From NCBI GenBank assembly GCA_964016885.1, contig OZ024742.1:92938001-93002000 (forward strand): 64,000 nt of DNA. Reading direction: 5' to 3'. Of the stretch, positions 63,901 through 64,000 are shown piece by piece. The number at the start of each line of letters is the position of its first letter. Position 1 is the stretch's first letter. The stretch comes from Eledone cirrhosa. Its lineage: Eukaryota. A model generated the notes under the pieces. The model was not told the origin of the DNA and searched no databases. It saw nothing but the letters and a program-made list of their open reading frames with translations. The position numbers and the translations under genes are program-made.

Positions 63901-64000
63901 TGGATAGTTGGATGATTGACTGGCTGGCTGGATACTAGATAACTAGATGGTTGTATGTCTGACTGGATAGTTGGCTGATTGACTGGCTGGCTGGATTACT
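54960..64000. repeat. Satellite array, 64/65-bp monomer, about 140 copies, running off the window end
   Basis: Monomer ctggctggctggattactagataactagatggttgtatgtctgactggatagttggctg(att|gtat)ga. Confidence 0.98.

Noticed and set aside
54960-64000. CRISPR-like or coding array
   Set aside because: Head-to-tail monomers with no unique spacers, no cas genes, eukaryotic context, and no ORFs in the supplied track.

Overview
This is a eukaryotic, AT-rich, essentially gene-free window made almost entirely of transposable elements and tandem repeats. The repeat repertoire resembles cephalopod/octopus DNA (inference only). It holds about 14 fragments of RTE-clade LINEs with (GAT)n tails, one with an open 705-aa RT frame carrying a C4HC3 PHD-type finger inside the RT core. 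Other retroelements are CR1-like LINE pieces, tRNA-derived SINEs with clear TSDs, a degenerate Gypsy LTR element with four nested insertions, and Penelope-like remnants, including several families of fold-back termini bearing hammerhead-ribozyme motifs (one with a recurrent non-canonical CAGAAGA core). DNA elements are a DD37D (maT) Tc1/mariner, a mariner MITE, a hATm-like fragment, a Chapaev3-like transposon and a probable Helitron. Tandem repeats include long (TA)n/(TACA)n tracts, an 18-bp G-rich minisatellite and a >9-kb 64/65-bp satellite with higher-order structure. No host gene could be supported, and most long ORFs in the track are microsatellite translations. Coordinates were read by eye and may be off by several bases.
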